A stretch of 64,000 bases of DNA from contig OZ361259.1 of assembly GCA_977018835.1 (NCBI GenBank), positions 744,001-808,000 on the forward strand, given 5' to 3'. The stretch is from Minutocellus sp. GHC0000111 (Eukaryota). Of this stretch, positions 52,003 through 64,000 are shown one piece after another; within the stretch, counting starts at the first letter, position 1, and each line of letters starts with the position of its first letter. Position numbers and translations under genes: made by a program. The notes beneath the pieces were generated by a model that worked only from the letters and a program-made list of their open reading frames with translations, made no database searches and was not told the DNA's origin.

Positions 52003-52241
52003 AAAAATGCTGTGTCCTAATTTTCGCTTACAATCAAATTACGGCCTAATATTGTAGGTGGCTTCAGTCACATTGGCATGAGGCACTCATCATAATTTGT
52101 GTTGTACAGCCTCTTGGAGTTGGAAAGGAACCGTGTTTCTTTTCAAGCTGTCTTCTGACTGTGCATCAAATGAAATATTAGAAAGCAAAGTCTGCGTCCG
52201 GCATCCATGCTCCCGCCATGCTTGCCATTTAAATCCTCTAA

Positions 52242-53400
52242 TTAACGAAATAGACCCTTTGGATGACAGGACTCCACAGTCGCCATACAGGGACGCCAGA
52301 CTTTCTGCTTGTCATTTAAATTAATGGCTTTCAGCAACAAATCTTCATATATTGCATTTTCGTTGCTCAGATAACAACAAAAAATCTCTTTTCCTCTTTG
52401 TGTTAATTTCGATTTTACATGGTATTTGTCACTTCCATGAGTAAACTTGTGACTCGAAATATTCTTCAGGTTCGCAATCCAGACTGGCTCCATCTTGTTG
52501 TTGCTAGTACTCAAAGCAGACGTATTGCTGTTGGCAATGAGTAACTTATTGGTCTGAATCACATCCTCCCATAGATGTTCGGTGCGAAAGGCAAAAGTAT
52601 GCTTGTTTCGAAGGATTTGAGCAACCTGCAAATAGTGCGCATAATTGTACCTTGCTTGCCCGACCCCCATAACCCCCATAAAACCATACCGTGTCCCTTC
52701 TAAGGTACCTTTTGCAACTTCATGACAATCAAAATCGACCTTCTTTGGAGATTTAGGATTTTCGTTTCGTGGTATTTGTATCACTGTGTGGTTCTTTCCG
52801 AATTCTAATTCATCGGCAATGGCTTGCGCCGTAAGAAAGCCGCATTTTTCATAAAGTCTTATCGTTCTTGACATAAACATGGTTTGCCCTCATATCCAAT
52901 GCTGACACCATGCGACTAATGGGATTGCGAAGCGTCCAAAGAATTTCTTGGTTGTGACAGAGGCTTCTGATTGTCTCGGCCGGTGGCAACTCCATATGCA
53001 AGGTGGCTTTCGTCTTTTTTGACAGCAAAAGTTCGTCATTTCCTGTCAAGAGCGCTTCATAGCATTTTTTTCTTTGATCCTTTCCTTTCCTCCAATTGCA
53101 ATTGGACCTTAGAATTCTATCCAGACTCATCCCTCCTGTTTTGCCGACATGAAGGTACAATAGTGCCAAATCGGTGGTGTTGATATCAAAATCGACATGA
53201 TTCGACAGCGACTTTTTAAAAAGAGTCGACTTGAAATACGAATTATCATGACTTTCTAGTGCAGAAGCCTGGCGCGATTCGAAACTCACAACGTCAATCA
53301 ATTTCTGTTCGACTGGCATTAAGACCAGGATTTGGAAGAGTCCCAATCCGACGACCACGGTGGTCACTTTCGGACAACGATTTTGCGAGCCTGATTTCAT
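52242..53400 (-). pseudogene. Type II membrane sulfotransferase (Sulfotransfer_2-like), frameshift near 52870
   Basis: N-terminal TM segment; YLHVGKTGG (5'-PSB) and LRNPISRMVS (3'-PB) PAPS motifs; two frames. Confidence 0.75.
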
Positions 53401-55971
53401 TTGATGATGAATCCCAAAATAGGAAGAATTGTCATTCCAAGCGCCTCTCGCCCCATTCCTCCTGCCCCGATGTTAAGTCGGCAGTTGGTTAAAGGGTGGG
53501 CTCGAGGGAAATTTAATGACTATCTACAGCAACAGCACCAACGGGGGCTGCTACTAGTATGGGTAGTGACGCTAGTAAAAAAAGCACAAAATTTTGCAAA
53601 AATCGCTTTTTTCGTAGAAAACCTCGCACGCCATAAAAAACGTCTCCACCATGGGAATTTTTTCCGATGCTGCCGCTCGGCGAATTCCGCGTCCCTTGCC
53701 TTCATATGGCTGAGATAGCAGGGACTTTTTATATGAGCCGTTTCCCCTCTCAAAGGGCTTTCGTGTGATATGAAAAGTCCATGCTAGTTCCACTTCTTTC
53801 TCGAGATTTCCCCTCATCTTTACACACCCTATCAATAAATGTTCGTTGAAACGGACGTTTCCGCGCAAAAAGCATGACGTTTTCTCTTCAACCTCACAAT
53901 CGAGGCAACTATCGGATGGGCTCCACCATTCGCTCCCACAACCTCATTTCTCGGTACTTCTTCCACCAACTATCGTCAAAAGTATTCATTCGCACAACAT
54001 TATGCGAATCTGCGATTTTGGAGCTCCCAGCACATCTCGTGTTGTGCTTTTCCTGCACAACTCGGCAAAGCGGCTTCTGACGACACCCTCTGCCTGCGTT
54101 GTTGACCCACGACCGACCTTTTACCCCAATCAAAGTCGATATTTGCCTCCTAAATCTTCGTCCAATGAGACACGATGTACGCTTCTGATGCCGAACACAA
54201 CTGTTCTGGATTTTGGGGTGGTTTGGCGTTGCTGCATCTGCGGCGGTCGGACGGCGTCGACTCCACGACCGCCCAACAAAGAGGGACATGCACTCGTTCC
54301 ACACGGGATCACCCAACGATGCCACATCAAACACATTCCCTTGCCCCGTCACCGAAAAAGAAGCGAAAGCATGCAAAACGGTTCAGGTCCTGCGGACAGT
54401 TGTCTGCAGGAAGGAGCAACAAGTGCTCGCCCAGCTAACCACAAGTGAACTCGACGGGTGTGTCGATCAAAAGGGGAACCTAGCACTTTTTTCTGTCGTG
54501 TTCGTGCTCAATTTCACTCACTCAAGAGTGTTCTGACTTCATCGTGGTTCACCGATTAATTTTCACGGCATCCTTCTGTGCATCTCCTACTTTTTGTTGT
54601 CCCGTTGTCCCATGTCGTGTCTGCCCAGGCCCGTGCCATCTAGCTTCCAACCACTGGCCAATTCTTGGAGACGGCATTCCAGTTTCTTGTCCACTCTGTG
54701 CGAGTCAATTCCGACGACAGTGGAATTGACCTTCGTAACTCGATGCGGACTAAACCAGTTGGAAAGACTTGAAACATAAAATTGTGACTCACTGCTCTTC
54801 GGACTGCGCACTGCGGTCTGCTACGTGCACACACACGTCGACAGTGGTGGTGGTGGTGGTGTCGTCCTGCTAAACACAGTCAGCTTAAATCTATCATCAT
54901 AATGAAAAGTTAGAACCAAATGCAATGTTTACAATCGCGATTCTGTTTGTGTTATTGATATTCGTTCTTGCTGATGGGAACACGTCGACAGGATTCACTC
55001 GGTCCCCGCGAATTGATTCCATCAACAACATGGACATGTTCGTTCCGCTCGTGGTGTGGAATTCCACCCACCCACCAAAGAGGAGAGCAAGATTTCATCA
55101 CTGCACATCGATCATCACGGCATCAAGCTTTCAACACCGACCCGGTCCTGCCTGCATCGGCCAAAATGGCCAGCCAAAATGGCGCCCCGAGTCCTTTTTT
55201 TCTTTTTTTGAGATGCGAGGTTGAAACTCCTCGACGACGTGAGGTTGAAATTCCTCTGCGGACACGCAGGTTATGGCTCTGCCCCAACTACGAGGAGGTT
55301 CCTGCGAAGCTAACCTTCCGAGCTTTTTCCCGACCAAAATGGCGGGGTTGCAGTCCTTTTTTTGGACACATCCATCGTCTCTGTTGATTTAGCCTGACAA
55401 GCTTCGGCCGCCTCCTACCTAGCAAACCTGTTGAAGCAAGGACACATCGGCTGGCCATTGAACGCAACGGGGAGGTAGGAACGTGGGTTGCTATTCCATT
55501 GACCCTCGTCAGCTTGCACTTATCCCTTTACTTAGCACGTCGCAGAGGGGATCAGCAGGCTACAGTGGAAGACCTGCCATGTAGTGCATGGTGCACCGCC
55601 TCTGGGAGGCCACGAAGCCACCTCGGAACCGGAAAGGAAAGCCACCCGGCTAGGCAGGATGAACCTGTGGGAGATGTTGATTGCAGGCTGGACGCCCAAA
55701 CACGAAGGTGAACACATGTGTGGTGAAGTGGACATGCATGTGGTTACTTTTGTGAGTGGTGTCTCCATCTGTGCGACTGGAGTCACATTTCCTTGAAAAG
55801 CTGGGATGTCACTGATTGGTGGACAGTTAAGGACTAAAGTCTCTCGGCGCGAGGCCAACCGGCTAACTACAAAACTACAAAAATGTCGGTCAACACAGGG
55901 CTTTTGAACTAGCTCAAACTTAACACTGCCAGGGCGCCGGGGGAAGAGGATCGGTGGATACAAAAACAGCC

Positions 55972-56451
55972 TTAACGGTCCTTCATGAGCAGGGACGACA
56001 TAGAAGGCACGAACACCTGCATTTGGAGCTTCGCTCTGGGGTTGCATGGACCATGTGCACGAGTTCGGTTCTTACCACCGTCGGATGGACCATGTGCACG
56101 AGTTCGGTTCTTACCACCCTTTGCACCCCCATTTCGGATCTTACGATAATAACGAGGCTTGCCACTGAAGCAGTCCTCGGTGGACTGAGCAAGCAAAGTC
56201 AAGTCCACCAAGGGCATACCATCATCACCAACAAGCTCTGAGCATTGAAGGTCAAAATCTTCTTCGGCCAAGGAAAGGCCAGAGATTCCCTCAAACATTT
56301 GCAGGGTGGGATAGGATCCATCGGACTCTAAGGATACACCACCGGAATAGTGCTGGAGACAAGTTCCAGTGTAGTATTCGTCATCGTATACATGTATGAT
56401 GCCGCCTTGAACCGAGACGGCACCGAGGAAGATAAGCTGACTAATCTTCAT
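55972..56451 (-). CDS. Small secreted hypothetical protein, possibly frameshifted or truncated
   Basis: MKISQLIFLGAVSVQG signal-like leader; internal GGKNRTRAHGP duplication. Confidence 0.45.
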   Translation of the reverse strand: MKISQLIFLGAVSVQGGIIHVYDDEYYTGTCLQHYSGGVSLESDGSYPTLQMFEGISGLSLAEEDFDLQCSELVGDDGMPLVDLTLLAQSTEDCFSGKPRYYRKIRNGGAKGGKNRTRAHGPSDGGKNRTRAHGPCNPRAKLQMQVFVPSMSSLLMKDR

Positions 56452-57842
56452 CTTTAATATTCTCTTTTGTCTGAATTAGAGGTTAGAAGCTATGTGGTGC
56501 AAGAGGTTTGACTCGAACAACACAATGATGTGTTGGATGGTTCGCTGCATGAATACGAATGGGCATTTTGCTTCGTATAAAAGTACGTACTGAACAATGG
56601 ACCAAAGGACACTGTCATGGCAATAATTATTAGAAAGATATGCCTACACTGAAGAACAGCAAATGTTGCCCTACTAATCCTCTTTCTTTTCTTTTGCACA
56701 ATGAAACTTTGATTTCGGTCACTCCAGGGAACTTTCATTCTTCTACCTGCAGTTTGGAAGCGGCGGGCAGTTTGCTCTGGTGTAGTAGGCCTAGTATAAA
56801 TTTCTTCGTATCTGTATGTTTTCGAATCTTCGCATCGCTTTTGATTGCACATGATGAAAAGGTCGCTCTGTTCAGATTTTCCGTTCTTCTCGTCTTCCTT
56901 TTATTTTTGAAGCTTCTTGGATTCCCTATCCCACCCCTCCTTGCGATATTGCTTGTAATTTGGGGGTGTTGACAAATTCGCGATGTTTTCGATCTTTCAG
57001 TTTCAAGAAATGAGTTGTCCCATCTGGGTACATGTATGTAGGACATCCTATGAGGGTGGTGCATTTCCTGCCCTTCTGAGGGTACATGTAGGCCTATACA
57101 TGTAGGACATCCTTCTAGGGTGCGGTACATCTTTACTGCTACGTAAAAAATGCACACATCAAAACCTGTGCCTTTTTTGGATAGTGCAACGCCTGCACCC
57201 TTTTGGGCAGTGCTCCAACATCAAACCTACCGGCACTCCTCTAACAGGATAGAGTTATCAACTTCACCTACCTTCGCCTTGGGACTCACTCCCCACCCGG
57301 TGGATGAACGCTGGCATCTTGAAGTAGAAACAGTCATCGATGTCCCTTTCTGCATGACGGAGGTTGTGAGCTTTGTGGTCTCGGCTTTCTGGACAGACTA
57401 GTCTTCACCCAGAGAACATGGTGAAGGTGGAGCTTCTCCGATTGCTTAGGAGTTCCCGAAGCCATGACACGATGACATTAATAGGTAGCATGCCAAAAAA
57501 ATTTCCGCCGCCCAAAATCGAGGTGAAAAGTGGAAGAAAACTTTCATGGCCAGGATGACTGCCAGGAAGCGGGAAAGGGTGCGCTGGCCCGGCCAGATAG
57601 CAATCGCGACAGCCATTTGCAACAACATGCATCTCATATACGTGAGTGTAATGTGCACACAGTGTGCAATTAATGAATCATTTATTTCGATTTGATAAAC
57701 GTTTACGTAGCGATTCGTCATTTGTTTGTGTTGAGTCGCCGCAGCAGCCAAAGTACAAATGAAATAGCTCTTGAGTTCAGATGCTCAAAAAGTGAAATGA
57801 CACAACAGCAAATGCATGAACATTTCCTTTGATTACATTTAG

Positions 57843-58480
57843 CTAAGCCAACACCAACACAATTGATCCTTGTGGACCCACACAGGCGCAGCCGGCACTG
57901 CCACTCATTGTGCTGCAACGTTGGTTTGGCATGCCTGGGTCGCAAGGTTCACCCTCGAAAGGAAGACCTCCCTGCATGCATGTGTTGACAAGACCCATGT
58001 TAAATGTTGGTGCAGGTGTCGGGCGTGGAGTTGGTGCATCCTTGGGTGCCTTCGTGGGACTTTTGGTGGGAGAGACAGTTGGAGCAACAGGCGCAGTCGT
58101 GGGAAAACTTGTGGGAGAGCTTGTTGTGGGAGAAACCGTGGGAGAGTCTGTAGGAGTGCCTGTCAAAGTGCCTGTGGGAGAGTCCGTGGGAAATCCTGTG
58201 GGCGCCGGGGTTTCGGGGCTTGCAACACACATGCCCTGTCCTGCATTTGCACAAATGTTGTTAGTGCAGAAACATCCTCCGGATGCGTTTCCGTTCCATC
58301 ATGAAACCACAGCAATCATTGTTGTTGTCGCAGGATTGTCCGAGGAATTTCAAACCTCCACCAATGCACCCTGCAAGGAGCGTTGTTGGGGCATTCGTGG
58401 GAGCTGGGGTGGGACCGGGGGTGGGAGCTGGGGTGGGAGCTGCAGGGGTGGATCCAGATTTCGCCATCCCCCACAGGTGT
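57843..58480 (-). pseudogene. Cys-rich + PT-repeat protein, copy C, with additional 5' sequence
   Basis: GQSCDNNNDCCG...GCFC module, PTPAPT repeats; frameshift and internal deletion. Confidence 0.7.
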
Positions 58481-58593
58481 AGTGCAACCTTTGAGCCTTA
58501 AGACCAGAGCCCTGTTGTCGCGTTTCCAGCGGAGCCAACTGCCCCTTGTCTCGTAGGCCGAACATGGCAAAGTGATTGCATCCGGGCCATGTG

Positions 58594-59851
58594 CGAGGTC
58601 AGATTCGCGAGAAATCGAGCTCCCGGTTTTTGACTGCTTTCGAGGGGATTGAAAAGCGCCTCGAAGAATGGTCATGCTGAAACATTTAAGAAAATGGCTA
58701 TTTTTACTCTAATTTTGATTTGTCTTCATGTGAAACAATAATTCGGATAAGACTTTAGATTTCAGCGGCTCTAATCAAATGGACGCGTTCGTCGCACTTG
58801 GACCGGCATGCTGCTTCCCAACGAGTGCCGATGATTCATCTGATTCGGCCGCCTTCCGTTCTGTCACATCGACGATCTTGCAACGGCGACCCGGCGGCAT
58901 GCTGCACCATGTCTCTTTGCAATTGCCAAGTGCAGGGAGCAGGCAAAGGTGGACTGTTCGGTGCTGTCCAGCGCACAGAGCATGGTGCACGATTTTCGGG
59001 ATGGATGAAGGCGCATGGTGCTCTGCCTGCATCTGAGAAGGCGATGTGGGAGATGAAGAGGAGATCTCATCTGGCTGTGCAGCCACACATTCGAGATGTT
59101 GTTGTTGATGCTCTGACACGAAATCCTCGGGAATCTTGGCGGGAGCTGGAGGTGGATGTCATCTTTTGGTGTTCCTGCTCGGCAACACGGCGGTGGATGA
59201 TGTCGCGGGAAGGGTTCCCCGGCACTGTGCCGAAAGGATCATCCCTCTCCTTGCTACACATCAGATGGAGAAACATTTGGCATTTGCGCGGAAATTCCGA
59301 AACAATTGGGGGCTCGGCGGTGGCAAGTTTCTCCTTGTTGTGTTCGATGAGAAGTGGTTTTGGGGCTTGGTTCTTCGATCGCATGCCAAGCAAGTTGCAG
59401 AATTGGGCATTGATCCTCGGTCCTTCTCGGCATGTCACCGAAATCACATCAAGGAGTGCATGGTGGTGGCTGTCACTGCCTTGGCTTTTATTGACAGCAT
59501 TGAGAATGGCGGCATTGCGTTCAAGCTTGGACTTTTTCGGGCTCAGGTGCACAAAATTGCGAGGCAGATGGCAAGGGAGGCGGTGCGGCAGGCAGATGGC
59601 AGAACCAAATGTTGCGGCCCGGTGGTTCGGAAGAAAGACGATCTACACCTTGTGGATTGCGCGGTGACTGGATGCAGCCATGGCACCCTTGATAATCCCA
59701 AGTTCCCACTGAAAGCTTTGTTTGAGAACAAGATGTTTCCGGATGTTGAGGCTTTGGTCGGACCTGGCGGAAAGTTTGAAGGCCATGTCCCTGTTTTCCA
59801 GGGCGACAATGCTGGGCCCCATGCCGAGACTGAATTTGTGGAACATGTGGA
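58594..59851 (+). mobile_element. Outer mariner-like element, copy C, 3'-truncated, no nested insertion
   Basis: Left TIR present; FDEKWF and QGDNAGPH motifs; ends at an inverted copy of ~17364-17578. Confidence 0.8.
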
Positions 59852-60094
59852 GGGAATGCATCAGCTGGACTGATGGCGCAAGAACTCCTTGCTGCGCTGA
59901 TGTTTTCTCTGTAGTGCATCTAGCTTGTGTGGCCACCGTAGTTGCACAATTGTTCTTACTTTAGTTGCATGTTCAACTTGAAAAAGGAATGAAGGAGAGA
60001 AGTAAAGATTCGCCTCATCAACCTCTGTGCCAGGCAGGTGACTCTGTGGTGTTCGCTTCGCCAAATTCCAACTGTTCTGCCTTCGTGAATACAA

Positions 60095-60990
60095 TCACTC
60101 ACCAAGTAGATCTTCCAATAGCGTTTGTGTCGAGGTTTTTGGCTTTCGCCAAAATTCCTCGTGGCGAATCTGACGGATAAATGCCCCAAACTTCATGCCT
60201 TTGAAAGAGCTCCTGCCCAATGTATATTTCATACTTCTCCACAACACATCTCTTGTATTCATGAATATTTGTCCCTGCCATGGGACACCTTTCTGAAATG
60301 TTTTTTCTTTGCAAGCATATTCTGTAAATTTCATCATCCTTTTTTGCTGAAACCAAGGAAAACACTTTCCAACCAATAACCTCCCTGAAGAGAATAGCTC
60401 AGTGAAGTCATGTTCAACTGTTTTTCATTCAGTACATCCAATACTTGAGTCCAATCTCTTTCTACTGCCATGATGGAGTCATTAATGACCAACAAAAGAG
60501 CCTGAAGTTCGATCTAAGATAAACTGCGATTTAATGCCGTCCAAGTTCTCATCACCTTCGTTCAACAACGCATCACACCACAGCCCGACATCATAGCGAT
60601 CATTCGTGTAATACTGCAATGATAAAGAAATGGACCCATCCTTGAAGTGCGGCAGGGTTTCCTTGGCATTTTTGAGGAATGGCTCAATTAATCCTTCCCT
60701 CTTTGCCCACGACGGTGCTGAAATCATCACTTCACCAAACTTGTCGTTGTTACCGAAAAAACATTCCAACTGACTCCACAAGGCAAGGAATCTTTCTTTG
60801 CTATCTGGATTGACTGCTATGATTGCTGCGTGGTGAATCTTTCTATCATGTGTAGCTTTGCCATCCTGCGTAGCTTTGGAAACATGTAATTTGGACGACG
60901 GCAACACTCTGATGGACGCTTGTTTTGCACCAGCAGCTCGGACTCACTCGACTCATCAGTTGAAGACTCGCTCCACTCATAATTCTTCTC
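60095..60990 (-). pseudogene. Fragmented hypothetical gene (NDRYDVGLWC motif)
   Basis: 141-aa ORF plus adjacent broken frames; family not confidently recognised. Confidence 0.3.
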
Positions 60991-61149
60991 CAAAATCATT
61001 AAATTCATAAAGGGAAACACTTTAATTTGATTCTTTCTCTTAAATTCATTAAATTCATAAAGGGAAACACTTTAATTTGATCAGAAAAGGTGCAATATGT
61101 ACTAGTATTAACACGGGAGCTGCCGTTATCTGATCGGACACCACACAAA

Positions 61150-64000
61150 ATGAAGGCTTTTTTCGTGTTTTTGACCGCAGTCCTCTTTGATTCCAGCGTT
61201 TTTGCGGACAATGAATGGGGGAATGTGCCAAGCATTCTCCCCGACAGGCTGAAGGGCGGCAAGAAAAGAGACTTGCAAAGTGGCAGCAGCATGAAGAGCC
61301 GCAAGAGCAGCGGAGGTTCAAATGTTGCTCCAACTATGATGGTGACTCCAACTGCTGTCTCTGGAAGTGGAAGCAAGTCCAAGAGTAGGAGCAAGTCTAA
61401 CTTCCATTCGGGGGGAGATTCTTCAAGTGAATCTTCCGCCTCGTCGTTCTCTACTGCCGATCTCGATGCATGTGTCAACTCAGCTGAAACGGCTGATTAC
61501 ATTCGCCTGCTATTTGAACTCGAGGCAAAGCGAGTTGCCCCCGGGATTGGATACAGTTCACCAATATTCCGTGGAATCGGCCCCGAGCCAATCAACAAAG
61601 ATTTTCCTCTCCCTTGGTTCGCCAACACTATTCCATCTGCCTTTGGGCAGAGCGTTGAAGGAATTCCCGACACTCCCGGCCTTGACCCGCAGTACAAAGA
61701 TGTTGGCCACCAAAAATTTGGTGGTGTGCCGTTTTTCCTGCTCAGTTTGGTCAATTTAGATCCGACTACTTTGAAATCAGGAGATGGCAAAAATACCGTC
61801 TTTCTTACCAACCTTGAAGATCGCGGACCAGACAACCAGTTGAAGAAGCAGTACATGTCAGCTTTGACGTGTGACAAGCTGCAGTACTACGAACCTAAGA
61901 TTGATAAGGCCATCGATGGATTCACTAAATTCATGAGCGAGCAGCTCGCGTCCGAGGGTGTCGCAACGAACATTATCAGCGCTTGGGATGACATTGTTTT
62001 CCAGCTACTTCTCGATATTCATTTCGGAGAAGCTGATCATCCTAGCTTTGTCAAAGACTATCTTGTCTTGCAGCGAGACCTATTGTCTGATATCGGGCGA
62101 GGCAGTCTTGGTCTACGAAATGACACAATGGCAACCCTCACATGCCTTGAGCCGTTCGTTACGGGGTATTACGAAGAACGTCGTAATATGGTTGTCGACG
62201 CAGAGGACAAAAGTACTTTTGTGTACTGGTGGAACTTGGGTAAGCTTTTGTTTTCAATTTTACCATGATTGTAATGCATTACACATTGATGAAATTATCT
62301 CAAGATCGTGGTGATTCACATATCATCAATTCCGTATAGCAAGATTCATATCCATAACTAACACACATTATTTGGTCCCCTTTGCTTTTCGTTTTTATCG
62401 AAGCTGGCATTCCTGCTGAGTCCATCATCGTTGAGGCTGCGCACAATGCCCTTGCTTTCGGCCAATTTGTCAATACTCTCTACAAGCTCGCCGTTGATAA
62501 GTTTGCCACAGAACTTGTTGGACTGAACATTCCAGCTCCAGGATATCTCAATGTCGAGAAATTTACTGGCGACACCGCCGCTGACCTCCTCAAGCCGTTC
62601 CCTCCGATCGACTTCTTTTCAAAGTACGAGGCCGCTCCTTCCGACGACGAGCGCATAAACGTTGTACGTGAGGTGTTCCGTCTGCTGCTGCCAAATGACA
62701 TATGGCTGAGTACCGCCCAAAAGGCCGAGGGGGCAAACAAAAATCTTACCCTAGGTGAGTGTATGTACAACATTTTACACTTGGTCTTTTGGCCTTGATT
62801 TTCCCTTGTTTTTTTAGAAATGTTTCTGCTCGTTCTAATTAATTCCTCTTCTACATGCATCTGTGCTGCTACTACCACACTGACTTATGTCAAAAAATAA
62901 TAGCTGATGAAAGCTATGACCCGTCGCCATCATACCATATCCCCTTAGTAATCCAAGCCCTGAACGACAACTTTGACCCAGCCACCTTTGAAACTTCAGC
63001 TGCCGAGTACAACACTATCCGCTACGCTGACTTCATTCCAAAGAATTGTCCAGCTTCTGCCGGAAATCTCAAGCCATCTGATCTTGACGGTCAAACGATC
63101 ATTCCTTCTTCTCATAAGAAATTTATTCCCGTTTTCGATAAGCCCAAGTACTGCCCCTTTGGTCTCGGTTATCGCCGCTGCCCAGCTGAAATCTTCAACT
63201 ACTTTTTTACTGGCAAACTGATGCAGAAGATTGGAGACTTCCTTGCACCTTCTCCTTACACCCCTGGATTTATTTTCACTACCTATAGCGTTCTTGCCTC
63301 CCTGGACACTCAAAATCCAAGTAATATTGCAGCCACGGTGGAGCAGGAATTCACTGAACTCCTTGATCCTCGGGGAGTTCTTCCATTCAGCCTCGATCCA
63401 GGCACAGGCCTTCCTGTCGTCAATCCCGCTTTTGACAAAGCTGTTCCGAAGGGCCTTACTCGTGGACCCAATAGCCTAATTGTTGTCCCCAGGAGCAAGC
63501 CCAAGTCCGGAGGTAGCAAGTCTTCTGGTGGCAGCAGCAGATCCAAGAGCACGTCCGGTGGCAGCAGCAGATCCAAGAGCACGTCCGGTGGCAGCAGCAG
63601 ATCCAAGAGCACGTCCGGTGGCAGCAGCAGATCCAAGAGCACGTCCGGTGGCAGCAGCAGATCCAAGAGCACGTCCGGTGGCAGCAGCAGATCCAAGAGC
63701 ACGTCCGGTGGCAGCAGCAGATCCAAGAGCACGTCCGGTGGCAGCAGCAGATCCAAGAGCAAGTCCAATTTTTTCACCCCCGTCCCTCCAACTCCGGCTC
63801 TGACAAAGGCTCCCTCGGCTACACCCTCCAAGACTTCCGATGTTCCGTCCACATCTCCGTCAGAATCTTTGAGTATTCCTTCCACGTTGCCATCCGATGC
63901 TCCTTCGGCGATTCCCTCCGAATTTCCTTCAGACAGTCCTTCGGAGATTCCCTCCGAATTTCCTTCAGACAGTCCTTCGGCGATTCCCTCCGAATTTCCT
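61150..64000 (+). CDS. Atypical cytochrome P450 with signal peptide and silaffin-like S/K/R/G repeats; exons 61150-62239, 62404-62754, 62904->64000 (3' end outside the window)
   Basis: Two phase-1 GT-AG introns with CTAA/CTGAC branch-like sites restore one frame; K-helix EVFR, meander-like YNTIRY, heme motif FGLGYRRCPAE; array copies imply the ending ...SEFPTATRR*. Confidence 0.88.

Larger units (their letters stand above)
56560..59851 (+). repeat. Third, partial copy (C) of modules from the segmental duplication
   Basis: Matches ~18320-19640, 19981-20450, 21362-21581 and 24842-25740, without the inner mariner. Confidence 0.88.

Noticed and set aside
53560..55800. TA-poor segments as piggyBac or other TE remnants
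   Set aside because: Probably degraded TE DNA, but no motif I can support.
62404..62480. Assigning the P450 to CYP74 (allene oxide synthase family)
   Set aside because: The heme loop lacks the CYP74 9-residue insertion; resemblance is limited to a short HN motif.

Overview
Eukaryotic nuclear DNA, most likely a diatom (inferred from signal peptide + RXL + Ser/Lys/Gly silaffin-like proteins, PSxxPS repeats and short GT-AG introns). The window is almost entirely rearranged, repeated DNA. It holds: (1) a 14-kb tandem array of ~1.3-kb units carrying the 3' exon of a cytochrome P450; (2) a ~16-kb direct segmental duplication (13632-29827 / 29826-45816), each copy with a secreted Pro/Thr-rich silaffin-like gene, a Cys/Pro-rich pseudogene, nested mariner-type transposons, a GH20 pseudogene and a LINE fragment; (3) a mosaic of gene fragments and a third partial copy of the duplicated modules; (4) an apparently intact 3-exon P450 with a signal peptide and silaffin-like repeats, running off the right edge. 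The strongest signal is a both-strand TpA->TpG/CpA (A:T->G:C) hypermutation, mostly in RTAY context, that has stripped transposons of TA dinucleotides and Tyr codons while sparing neighbouring genes. It looks like a 'reverse-RIP' genome-defence process. All counts are by hand.
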